Positions 27,018 to 36,235 of a stretch of DNA of 64,000 bases are shown one piece after another. Origin of the DNA: an uncultured Chloroflexia bacterium (GTDB lineage: Bacteria > Chloroflexota > Limnocylindria > Limnocylindrales > CSP1-4); assembly GCA_963748625.1 (NCBI GenBank), contig CAVVJT010000007.1, forward strand, positions 736,001 through 800,000, read 5' to 3'. Below the pieces are notes generated by a model. It had not been told where the DNA came from. It was given only the letters and a program-made list of their open reading frames with translations, and searched no databases. The first letter of the stretch is position 1. The number at the start of each line of letters is the position of its first letter. The translations under genes and the position numbers were made by a program.

Positions 27018-28055
27018 TCAGTCGGCCAGCAGGGCGTCCAGCGCGTCGTCGGCATCGCCGTCCCAGCTGGTCCGCCGCTTGGCCCAGGGCGTCCCACGCC
27101 AGCCCCGTGCACGGTCCTTCACCCCGGCGACGATCGTTGGCCCCTCGGTTGCGGCCAGGTCCAGGGCTGCCTTGAGCGGCAGCAGCATCGCCTCGACCGT
27201 CCCGCCGTCGTCGGGCGAGAAGCGGTGCACGAGCTTGAGGAGGGCTGGCAGGTCGGTGATGTCACCCTGGTGGGCGAGCGCCATGGCCGCCAGGCCCGCC
27301 TCAGTGATGTCGTCCGACTCCAGCAGGGGACGCAGCGCCTTCGCCACCGCGTCGTCCTGCCCCCAACCGCCGAGCGTGATCAGCGCGCGGTGCCGCTCCG
27401 GGGACTTGGGGCTGCGCAGGCCTGCCACCAGCTCGTCGCGCCAGGCCAGCGTCTGCAGGCTCACCGGCACGCGATCCGGGCTGGCGATGGCCTCGGCCTC
27501 GATGTCGGGCGTGATCTCGAAGCCGAGCGGACTCATCATCGTGGCCCCGATGGAGCGCAGCTGCTGTGAGACACCCCGGTGCGCCGCATCCTCGCGGGCC
27601 GTGCCGTCCTCGTCGGACGAGGATCCAGCGGCCGCGCCGGCGACGATGGCACTGAGCATGTCCTCGGCCGTCCGCACGTGATCGTCGAGGCCCTCCGGGC
27701 CCAACGGCTCGGCGGCAAGGGGGGCCGGCAGGCCGACCAGCTCGCGCTGCGGATCCACCACCGCGAGGCCCGTCTCGTGGGCCAGCTGGGAGACCACGGG
27801 CACGAGCTCCTCCACCACGGACCACCCGATGCCGAGGAAGAGGTGGCGACGGTGGACATCGAGCTCCACCGGCAGCCCGTCGGGGCCCTCGCCGATGCCG
27901 GGGTACCGCCGCCGGAGCGCGGCCAGGAACGGGTCGAGCCGCTTGTCGTGGCCCAGGCCGATCCGCCAGCCGCCATCGCGGCGCTCGCGTTCGGCGTCGG
28001 CCTCGGCCCACGTGAAGGCGCGGTCGGCCGGCCACAAGTACAGGTCGTAGCCCAC
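27018..28055 (-). CDS. Hypothetical protein with C-terminal HEAT-like repeats
   Basis: GYDLYLW N-terminus; ERHRALITLGGW...ALRPLLESDD..AAMALAHQG resembles HEAT/PBS repeats. Confidence 0.6.
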   Translation of the reverse strand: MGYDLYLWPADRAFTWAEADAERERRDGGWRIGLGHDKRLDPFLAALRRRYPGIGEGPDGLPVELDVHRRHLFLGIGWSVVEELVPVVSQLAHETGLAVVDPQRELVGLPAPLAAEPLGPEGLDDHVRTAEDMLSAIVAGAAAGSSSDEDGTAREDAAHRGVSQQLRSIGATMMSPLGFEITPDIEAEAIASPDRVPVSLQTLAWRDELVAGLRSPKSPERHRALITLGGWGQDDAVAKALRPLLESDDITEAGLAAMALAHQGDITDLPALLKLVHRFSPDDGGTVEAMLLPLKAALDLAATEGPTIVAGVKDRARGWRGTPWAKRRTSWDGDADDALDALLAD

Positions 28056-28246
28056 TGGTCGCGCACCCTCCGCTGCAGGCCGGACCGGTTCCGGCACCCA
28101 CAAGGCTACCGGTGACCCGACAATCAGGCGTGCAACTGCCCCGTGTCGGCCGGCAGCAAAGCACGGCGACCCGCACAACGGGCAGGCGCACACGGGGATC
28201 CGCCCCTACGCTGCGCCTGTCGGCCACCCGCAACGGAGCGTCAGGC

Positions 28247-29647
28247 ATGTCCAGCACGATCGGCGGTCGCGCCGATGCGGCCACCCGCAGCCTCTGGCTC
28301 GAACAGGCCGGCGACATCGGCGTGGTACGGCCCTCGCTCGATGGCGACACGACTGTGGACATCGTCATCGTGGGCGGGGGCATGACCGGGCTGTGGGCCG
28401 CCTACTACCTGGCCGTGGCCGACCCATCACGCTCGATCGTGGTCCTCGAGCGGGCGACGGTCGGGTTCGGGGCATCGGGGCGCAACGGAGGCTGGGCGAG
28501 CGCAGGCCTCGCGGGCAGCGCCGTCCGCTACGCGGAGCGCCGCGGCTGGCCGGTCGTGCAGGCGGCCACACGCCTCACCAATGCGACAGTGGACGTGATC
28601 GGGCGGGTGGTCACGACGGAGGGGATCGAGTGCGGGTGGGCGAAAGAGGGGTCGATCACGGTCGCCACCTCGGCCCCGCAGCTCCGACGGCTCCGGGCTT
28701 GGCACGCGACCGCCTCCCGGCAAGGCCTCATCGATCCCGAGGAGCGCCTGCTCGACCCCGGGGAGACGGCCGCGTTCGCCCGGGTCCCGGGCACCCTCGG
28801 TGGCTACTTCACACCGCACTGTGCAGGCCTGGATCCAGCCCGCCTGACGCGCGGCCTGGCACGGGCGGCGGAGGCACGCGGTGTCCGCATCCTCGAGGAC
28901 ACGGAGGCGCTCGAGGTCGGCCCCGGACAGGTCCGCACCGCTCGCGGCACCGTGTCGGCCGGCGTGGTCCTCCGTGCGACCGAGGCGTACACGACGCTGC
29001 TCCCCGGCGAGAGCCGCACCTACCTGCCGCTCACCTCGCTCATGATCGCGACCGAGCCGTTGCCTGCGGCCGCCTGGGACGCCATCGGCATGTCGCGCGG
29101 CATGACCATCAGGGACCGGCGCCACCTGTTCTTCTATGGCCAGCGCACGCAGGACGACAGGATGGCGATCGGCGGGCGCGGCGCCCCGTATCCGCTCCGG
29201 CGGCCGATCGACCAGCGCAACGAGCGCAACGCGCGCGTCCGAGCCCGCCTCACGGACACGCTGCGCAGCCACTTCCCGGCAGCAGCAGACGCCGCCATCA
29301 CCCACCACTGGGGCGGCACGCTGGCCGTCCCGCGCGACTGGAGCATGGCGGTGCACTTCGACCCGGCGAGTGGCCTCGGGTGGGCGGGTGGCTACGCGGG
29401 CCACGGCGTCGTTGCCGCAGCGATCGCGGGGCAGACCCTCGCCGACCTCGTGGACGATCGGCGGACGCCGCTGGTCACGATGCCGTGGGTGGGCCACCGG
29501 AGCCGGCGCTGGGAGCCGGAGCCGCTGCGCTACCTCGCGTCGCGCGCGATCGTCGGGGTGCTGGGCAGCGCGGATCGCCACGAGGATCGCACCGGCCGGA
29601 CGGCCAGGCGCGTCAGGCTCGTCGCTCCGTTCCTGCCGCCGGGCTGA
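28247..29647 (+). CDS. FAD-dependent oxidoreductase (DAO/PuuB-like)
   Basis: IVGGGMTGLWAAY, GASGRNGG, MIATEPL, GYAGHGV, WEPEPLR. Confidence 0.88.
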   Translation: MSSTIGGRADAATRSLWLEQAGDIGVVRPSLDGDTTVDIVIVGGGMTGLWAAYYLAVADPSRSIVVLERATVGFGASGRNGGWASAGLAGSAVRYAERRGWPVVQAATRLTNATVDVIGRVVTTEGIECGWAKEGSITVATSAPQLRRLRAWHATASRQGLIDPEERLLDPGETAAFARVPGTLGGYFTPHCAGLDPARLTRGLARAAEARGVRILEDTEALEVGPGQVRTARGTVSAGVVLRATEAYTTLLPGESRTYLPLTSLMIATEPLPAAAWDAIGMSRGMTIRDRRHLFFYGQRTQDDRMAIGGRGAPYPLRRPIDQRNERNARVRARLTDTLRSHFPAAADAAITHHWGGTLAVPRDWSMAVHFDPASGLGWAGGYAGHGVVAAAIAGQTLADLVDDRRTPLVTMPWVGHRSRRWEPEPLRYLASRAIVGVLGSADRHEDRTGRTARRVRLVAPFLPPG

Positions 29648-29681
29648 CGCGGACGGCCATCGGGGGGCTAGGATGCGCGTC

Positions 29682-31172
29682 ATGAGCGACACCATCCCCG
29701 ATCCCAAGCCGTCCGCGGCAATCCCGTCCGAGGAGCTCGCCGCGGAGTTCGACGCGGCTTGGCAGGCTGGGCTGCCACCTCAGGGGCCCCAATGGACTGC
29801 CCGCCCGTGGGTCGCGCCCACGGAGCGCGCGGCCGAGGGCAAGGCCGCCCGGACACGGGTCCCGCGCGGCACGCAGGCCGGGGTGAGCCTCGCCCGCGAC
29901 CGGGACCCGATCGCCATCCTCGCGGCCCAGGAGCAGGACCGGCTCCCGGCCCTCGTCCCGCTGCGCCACGAGCGCATGGCGTCATCCGCATTCGCCTACT
30001 ACCGGGGCACGCCGGCGGTCATGGCCTTCGACCTCTCGACCACCCCGTCGTCTGGGATCACCGTCCAGGCGAGCGGCGATGCGCACCTCTCCAACTTCGG
30101 GCTCTATGCATCCCCGGAGCGGACGCTGGTCTTCGACGCCAACGACTTCGATGAGACGCTGCCCGGGCCATGGGAGTGGGACGTCAAGCGCCTCGCCGCA
30201 AGCATCGTGATCGCGGGTCGTGCCAACGGGTTCACGGCTGCCCAGAGTCGCCTCGCCACGCTGGCGACCGTCCGCAACTACCGCCAGTGGATGGCCCGCT
30301 ACGCCGGATGGCGCCTGCTCGACATCTGGTATGCGCCGCTCACCGAGGTGTCGATCAGGGAGGCGGCGGAGGCCACCGGGGTCTTCAGCACCCGGGACGG
30401 CAAGGGTCGCCGGGAGCGGTTCGAGGCGATCTTCTCGAAAGCCCGCCAGCGCGACGGGATGCGCGCCTTCGAGAAGCTCACCGCTGTCGTCGACGGCCGC
30501 CGGGTGATCCTCGAGGACCCGCCGGTGGTGGAGCACATCCACGCCGAAGGCATGGTGGAGGTGCTTCAGAAGGTATTCATCGACTACCGCGCGACCATGC
30601 CCGCGGACCGGCGTGCGTTCCTGGAGCGCTATCGCTTCGTCGACTTCGCGCTCAAGGTGGTCGGCGTGGGGAGCGTCGGCACCCGCTGCTACATCATCCT
30701 GCTCGAGGGCCGCGACGAGAACGACCCGCTGATCATGCAGGCGAAGGAGGCGACGGCCTCGGTGCTGGAGCCGTATCTCGCGCCGAGCGAGCACCCGCAC
30801 CCCGGCCAGCGTGTCGTTGTCGGCCAGCAGATGATGCAGGCGGTCTCGGACATCTTCCTCGGCTGGACGACCGGACCCGCGGGCCGCGCCTTCTACATGC
30901 GCCAGCTGTGGGACATGAAAGGCTCCGTGGATACCACCACGCTACTGGCGCCGGGCCTCGGCTTCTACGGCGGCCTCTGCGGGTGGTCCCTTGCCCGCGC
31001 CCATGCGGTGACCGGTGACGCCGTTGCCATCGCCGCGTACCTGGGCACCAGCGACCGCTTCGATGGCGCCATCGCGGACTTCGCCGAGGCCTACGCGGAC
31101 ATCAACGAGGCTGACTACCGGGCCTACCTGGCCGCGATCGACGAGGGCCGCGTCAGCCTGCCGTCAGCGTGA
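29682..31172 (+). CDS. DUF2252 family protein
   Basis: RHERMASSAFAYYRG, GDAHLSNFG, FDANDFDE, KVVGVGSVGTRC, YMRQLWDMK. Confidence 0.9.
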   Translation: MSDTIPDPKPSAAIPSEELAAEFDAAWQAGLPPQGPQWTARPWVAPTERAAEGKAARTRVPRGTQAGVSLARDRDPIAILAAQEQDRLPALVPLRHERMASSAFAYYRGTPAVMAFDLSTTPSSGITVQASGDAHLSNFGLYASPERTLVFDANDFDETLPGPWEWDVKRLAASIVIAGRANGFTAAQSRLATLATVRNYRQWMARYAGWRLLDIWYAPLTEVSIREAAEATGVFSTRDGKGRRERFEAIFSKARQRDGMRAFEKLTAVVDGRRVILEDPPVVEHIHAEGMVEVLQKVFIDYRATMPADRRAFLERYRFVDFALKVVGVGSVGTRCYIILLEGRDENDPLIMQAKEATASVLEPYLAPSEHPHPGQRVVVGQQMMQAVSDIFLGWTTGPAGRAFYMRQLWDMKGSVDTTTLLAPGLGFYGGLCGWSLARAHAVTGDAVAIAAYLGTSDRFDGAIADFAEAYADINEADYRAYLAAIDEGRVSLPSA

Positions 31173-31920
31173 TCTCCCAGCCGTGTCCAGCCGCCTTGGG
31201 CGGGTCCAGGCGCACCGGCCAGCGGTCGGCCAGCACGTCGACCAGCGCCGACAGGTCGCGCGGGTCCGCCCCAGACTCCAACAGGTATCGCGCGACCTGA
31301 CCTCGGGTGCGCTTGGTGATCACTGAAGCAGCCCGGCCGCCGCCTGGCTTGTCGGCCTGGATCGTTGCCGTCCGGTCGCCCATGCCCAGCGCCCGTCCGA
31401 GCGCCTGGTAGCCACCGGAACGCAGGTCGACGATGACGCCGCGCGCGCCCGCCGCCTCTCCCAGCACGCCAGGCAGCACGGTTCGCCACGCAGGCTCGAG
31501 CCGCTCGAGGCCGACGAGGTGCGAGCAGACGTGGAGCCGGTAGGGCGGGATCCGGTCAGCAGGCCGAAGTAGCCCCCAGAGCGACGATGCCACGACCAGG
31601 CGACGCGCCGCACGGCGTCGGGCCTCGGGCGAGATGGAGGCCCAGTCGAGGCCAAGGTGCACGGTGCCCGCGTAGACCTCGAGCGCGGGCCGTGCGGGGA
31701 GCTCGCGAAGGAGCGTGTTCCGGGCGACCTCCTCGAGGAACGACGGGCCGACCTGCAGCCGGTGCAGGGCGTCAGGGCTGGCAGACGTCTCGATCAGGGC
31801 GTCGAGCACTCGTCCGCGCATCTGCCCGAGCTCTGGGAACGAGAGGGCTTCGAGCGCCACCGGCCGACCCCGTGCTGGGGCCGCGGCCTTGGTCTCCGAC
31901 GACGGCAGGACGATCAACAC
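31153..31920 (-). CDS. yaaA: Peroxide stress protein YaaA family
   Basis: LPSSETK, PALEVYAG, SSLWGLLRPADRIPPYRL, VDLRSGGY, KRTRG. Confidence 0.82.
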   Translation of the reverse strand: MLIVLPSSETKAAAPARGRPVALEALSFPELGQMRGRVLDALIETSASPDALHRLQVGPSFLEEVARNTLLRELPARPALEVYAGTVHLGLDWASISPEARRRAARRLVVASSLWGLLRPADRIPPYRLHVCSHLVGLERLEPAWRTVLPGVLGEAAGARGVIVDLRSGGYQALGRALGMGDRTATIQADKPGGGRAASVITKRTRGQVARYLLESGADPRDLSALVDVLADRWPVRLDPPKAAGHGWEITLTAG

Positions 31921-32075
31921 CGGGCCACTGTAGCGGGGGCCACCGCCGACGGCGCGGCCGGTGGTGGCGGGATGCCTCGCAGCGAAACGCGGACTCTCAA
32001 CGGTGCGTCTTAGGGCCGAGGGGGACGACCACCCTGTCGTACCTGCGCCCTCCCTCCTGCTGAGGACGACGTCGC

Positions 32076-33182
32076 ATGAGGATTGCGGATCACCAACACC
32101 TGCGCCTGAGCGCCGTGGGCCTGACCATCATCCTGCTCGCTGCGTGCGCCCCGGTCGCGATGAGCGGCATGGTCACCGGCGACCTGACCTCCGCTTCGAG
32201 ACCGCCGGCGGCCTCGAAGAACACCCCACTGCCGGTCACGACGCCGGCCACGACACGCGCTCCGGCAACGGCGACGGCGACGACGGCGGCAACCGCAACG
32301 ACGACCGCAGCCGAGTGCCCGGGCCCGGGCATCGCCATCTCGCTTGCCGACGTAGGCGCGCTGGACCCGGCCTGCATCGGCGTCGAGGTCCGCGTCGCAG
32401 GATGGTGGGACCGGGTGCACGCCCTCGACGGCGACGCGGCAACACTCTTCCCCTCGGTCCTGCGTGACCGCCTGCCGGGGACCCGTGCGTCGCATCGCGA
32501 CGGAGCGTGGGCGCCCCTGCAGGTCGAGGAGGCCAGCGAGACCCTCGACATCGACCGGCTCCTCGGCGAGTGGATCACCGCACGCGTCCGGGTCGAGCAG
32601 GACCAGCTCTGCCGCTGGGTCTTCGCGCCTGGAGGCGAGTGGGAGCCCGGACCGCCGACCTGGACCTGCCCACGCCACCTCCAGGTGCTATCGATCCAGG
32701 TGGCCAAACCACCGGCCGTCCAGCTCGCAGCCTGCCCCGATACCGATCGGCCGATCCGGGTCGAGCAATTCGTCCAGACGCCCCGCGTGTGCTTCGGCAC
32801 CCGGCGCGTCCAGCTGCGTGGCTGGTTCGACACGGCGTACGTCGTCAGCGGCTGGATTGACCCGTGGACACCTGTGCCCGCGTGGCTGTGGTCGCAACCG
32901 ATGGGGCGCGTACCGATGCTGTCCCAGACGAGCGACCCGTCAGGCCCGGGCGCACTGCACCTCCGGATCAGGCCGGGATCGGCCGTCGAGCATGCCACCC
33001 GCAACCGCTGGGTCATCGCGACCGGCCACTACGCACGCCTGTCCGATACCTCGACGTGCCGGGCGCGCTCGCTCATCGAGGGCACGGCACGTCCGCCGGG
33101 CGCGCCAACTCGGGCTCAGGCGCAGGCTGCCTGCGCACGGGAGTTCGTCCTGGTCTCGGTGCGCGCGGGCGCTCCGGGCTGA
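32076..33182 (+). CDS. Hypothetical lipoprotein with two internal Cys-containing repeats
   Basis: LLAAC lipobox; Thr/Ala linker; CP...PACIGVEVRVAGWWD and CP...RVCFGTRRVQLRGWFD. Confidence 0.65.
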   Translation: MRIADHQHLRLSAVGLTIILLAACAPVAMSGMVTGDLTSASRPPAASKNTPLPVTTPATTRAPATATATTAATATTTAAECPGPGIAISLADVGALDPACIGVEVRVAGWWDRVHALDGDAATLFPSVLRDRLPGTRASHRDGAWAPLQVEEASETLDIDRLLGEWITARVRVEQDQLCRWVFAPGGEWEPGPPTWTCPRHLQVLSIQVAKPPAVQLAACPDTDRPIRVEQFVQTPRVCFGTRRVQLRGWFDTAYVVSGWIDPWTPVPAWLWSQPMGRVPMLSQTSDPSGPGALHLRIRPGSAVEHATRNRWVIATGHYARLSDTSTCRARSLIEGTARPPGAPTRAQAQAACAREFVLVSVRAGAPG

Positions 33183-33232
33183 CCCAGGCGGTCCATGGCC
33201 CGGGCCGACCGAGACCGGGCCGGAGAATCGAA

Positions 33233-33261
33233 ACGGGGCCGGGCGAAATGCCCGGCCCCGT
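33233..33261 (-). terminator. Intrinsic terminator hairpin between convergent genes
   Basis: acggggccgggc-gaaat-gcccggccccgt, a 12-bp stem followed by a short T run on the minus strand. Confidence 0.7.
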
Positions 33262-33287
33262 CTGGTTTGCGAAGAACCAGTTGCGGG

Positions 33288-34967
33288 TCAGGGGACCTGC
33301 GTGACCCTGGTGAGAGCGCCGGGCGCGACCGGCGAGTAGGCCTTGAAGTAGGCCTCGAACGCGTCGGTGTCCACGGCGCCGCCGAGGCGGTCCGTGCCCA
33401 GCTTGAACGCGGTGAAGTTGTCGCCGCCGTCCACGAGGAAGCTGTTGACCGTGACGCGGTAGCTCGCGGCCATGTCCAGCGGCGCGCCCTTGAGCATGAT
33501 CCCGCTGACCTTCGATCCGGCCGGGGCAGACAGGCTCCAGCTGTACGTGAAGCCGCGCGACGACGCCAGGATGCGGTTCTGGCCAGCGGCCGGGTTGTTG
33601 AACTGCTGCTCGAGGGCGAGCTTGATGTCCGCACCCTTCATCGTGATGGTGACCAGGTTGTTGCCGAACGGCTGGACCGCGAACATCTCGCCGTAGGTGA
33701 CGTTGCCGTCGCCCTCGCCCGCCGGGCTGCCCGCGTACGTGAGATCCGTCCGGATGCCGCCCGGGTTCATGAACGCGACGACCGCGCCGCCGAAGGCCGG
33801 GTCGGAGGTGGCGTCAAGCTGGCCATCGGCGATGACCTGGCCCAAGGCCGACTCGCCCGCCGCGTTCGTCGCGCGGGTGATGTTGGCCGTGACGGAGCCG
33901 ATGACGCGGTTGGCGATGGGCGCCGCGATCGCGTTGTACTTGGCGATCAGCGCGGTCTCGCCCGCGTCCTTGGCGACGTCGCGGGTGACGATCAGGTTCT
34001 CAGCGGCCGCCGAGACGACCTCGCCCGTGGCGCGGCTGATGGTGAGATCGACCTTGCTCACGATGCGCCCGAACGAGCTGCCCGAGGTGACCAGCATCCC
34101 GTTGATCTCGCAGTTGTAGGCGTTGTGCGTGTGGCCCGACAGGACCGCATCGACCTCGGGGTTGAAGCCGTTCACGATGTCCACGATCGCACCTGAGATC
34201 CCCACGCAACCGTTGTAGGGGGCCGGGGACACCTGCGCGCCGCCCTCGTGGATGAGGACCACGATGCTCTCGACGCCCTTCGCCTTGAGCTTGGGCACCA
34301 GCGCGTTGACGGTCGCGGCCTCGTCCTTGAACTCCAGGCCGGCCACGCCCGACGGGGTCACGATGGTCGGCGTGCCCTCGAGCACGATGCCGATGAACGC
34401 GACCTTGGCGCCACCGAAGGAGCGGATCTTGTAGGCCGGGAACAGGGTCTTGCCGTTGTCAGCGCGGACGACGTTCGCGGCCAGGAACTGGAAGTCAGCA
34501 CCTGCGAAGTCGTCGCCGTCCAGGCAGCCGTCCACCGGGTGGCAGCCGCCGTTCTGCATGCGCAGCAGCTCGGCCGCGCCCTCGTCGAACTCGTGGTTGC
34601 CCACGGCGTTGAAGTCAAGGCCGATCTGGTTCATCGCCTCGATCGACGGCTCATCGTGGAACAGTGCCGACAGGAGCGGACTGGCGCCGATGAGGTCGCC
34701 CGCCGACACGACGACGGTGTTCTTGTTCTGCGCCTCGAGCGCCTTGATGTGGGTGGCGAGGTACTCGACGCCGCCGGCGTTGACGGTGCCGATCCGGCCA
34801 CTGGACCCGGCCGGGGGCTCCAGGTTGCCGTGGAAGTCATTGATGCCGAGCAGCTGGACCTTGATGGGGTCGGGGGCCTTGCTCTGGGCCGTTGCGGCCG
34901 GCACGACGGCGACGGCGATGGCCGCGGCCGCAAGAATGGTGAGAACCCTGCTCCGGGTATTGCGCAC
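33288..34967 (-). CDS. Secreted bifunctional metallophosphatase/5'-nucleotidase
   Basis: Signal peptide; INDFHG, SAGD, GNHEFD, LIHEG, SGHTH, NPGGIR, QPFGN. Confidence 0.93.
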   Translation of the reverse strand: MRNTRSRVLTILAAAAIAVAVVPAATAQSKAPDPIKVQLLGINDFHGNLEPPAGSSGRIGTVNAGGVEYLATHIKALEAQNKNTVVVSAGDLIGASPLLSALFHDEPSIEAMNQIGLDFNAVGNHEFDEGAAELLRMQNGGCHPVDGCLDGDDFAGADFQFLAANVVRADNGKTLFPAYKIRSFGGAKVAFIGIVLEGTPTIVTPSGVAGLEFKDEAATVNALVPKLKAKGVESIVVLIHEGGAQVSPAPYNGCVGISGAIVDIVNGFNPEVDAVLSGHTHNAYNCEINGMLVTSGSSFGRIVSKVDLTISRATGEVVSAAAENLIVTRDVAKDAGETALIAKYNAIAAPIANRVIGSVTANITRATNAAGESALGQVIADGQLDATSDPAFGGAVVAFMNPGGIRTDLTYAGSPAGEGDGNVTYGEMFAVQPFGNNLVTITMKGADIKLALEQQFNNPAAGQNRILASSRGFTYSWSLSAPAGSKVSGIMLKGAPLDMAASYRVTVNSFLVDGGDNFTAFKLGTDRLGGAVDTDAFEAYFKAYSPVAPGALTRVTQVP

Positions 34968-35132
34968 GGGCGATGCTCCTCCTGTTCCGCACCCGACCCA
35001 GCCGGGGACTGGCGCGTCCTCCCGGACGAGCACTGACGGGCGGTGTGCGATTGGCGGATGCTACCTGCCAGAGACCATTGCAGCCATCGCCGCGGCGTCA
35101 ACGGGGCGTGAACGTCAGGCTCGGCCCGCAGG

Positions 35133-36037
35133 TCAGGACACGGGCAGCACGAGCAGCCAGCCGGGCTCCATCCCGAAGTCGTAGTCCGGGCGGTCGCGCA
35201 GCACGAACTGGCGCGCAAGGGCCTTGCGGGAGACCAGCTGGTTCGGCTCCGGGCTGGGGCCCCAGCGCGACCCGTGGGGATACAACGGGTCCATGACGCG
35301 CACGCGCGTGACGCGCGCTTCGTTGTCGCGTACCGGGTCACCGGTCGCCTCGTACCCGGTCATCACCCAGGCGTGGCGGCCGGCCCACATGACCAGGCCC
35401 ACGGGCCGTCCGGTCTCGGCCAGGGCCTTGGCCGCCCGGGTGAGGGCAGTGTCGAACGAGGGCAGGCTCACGAGCCGGTACGGACCGATGTCGAGGTCGT
35501 TGAGCGCCGCGGCCCAGCCGGCCGGATTGGCGCCCCCGTACGGGCTGCCGATGGTGCGGTCGCGGGCCATCTCCCAGTACCGGCGCTGGCTCGCGCGGGA
35601 CTCCTCGCGGTCGCCGGTGACGATCGAGCGGGTCATCTGGATGCTCGCGCCCACGCACCAGTCGAAGGTGTACTGCCGCACGAAGTCCGCGGGACGCGCG
35701 AGGCTGACGGCCGTGCGGTCGACGGGGCGCGGGGTCGGCGTCGGGGTCGGGGTTGCAGCCGGGGTCGGGGTCTCGCCCGGGGTCGGCGTCGGGGTCGGGG
35801 TTGCGGCGTCGGGGTCGGGGTCTCGCCCGGGGTCGGCGTCGGGGTCGGCGTCGGGGTTGCAGCCGGGGTGGCGCCCGGTGTGCGAGCCGGGGCCGGGGAC
35901 ACACGCGGCGAGGCCGCAACGGCGAGTGGGGTCGCGGCCACGGCGTCGGTCAGCACAGTGGAGGGCGGCTCCGGGGCAGGCGCACAGGCGCCCACGACAA
36001 GCGCGACCAGGAGGATCGCCGGGACGGGACGATGCAT
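35133..36037 (-). CDS. Lipoprotein with Pro/Thr linker and C39-like cysteine peptidase domain (frameshift within the linker)
   Basis: LVVGAC lipobox; (TP)n linker; QYTFDWC...GRHAWVMTGY...VMDP, a Q-C-H-D papain-like pattern. Confidence 0.6.
35731..35870. repeat. Low-complexity ggggtc/ggcgtc tandem repeat encoding the Pro-Thr linker
   Basis: Repeated hexamers and a 48-bp higher-order unit are visible in the sequence. Confidence 0.75.
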
Positions 36038-36235
36038 GGTCCTCGGAGTATGGCGGGCACGGCGGGAACGCGCCGGGACAGGCCCATAGGCCGATCGCCG
36101 CGCACGTACTGGGAGGTTCGTCTCGTAGACGCGCGGTACCTCCTGGCCGAGGCTCATGGGGCACTCGGGGCACCTCCCGACGCACCGGAACTGCGACGTG
36201 GCCCACATGCCGCCCCCGGCCGCACCTCGTGATCG

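Noticed and set aside
36040-36235. c-di-AMP (ydaO) riboswitch upstream of the GH73 gene
   Set aside because: The characteristic GCTGAATCC/GGGGTGAAT-type elements are not visible.
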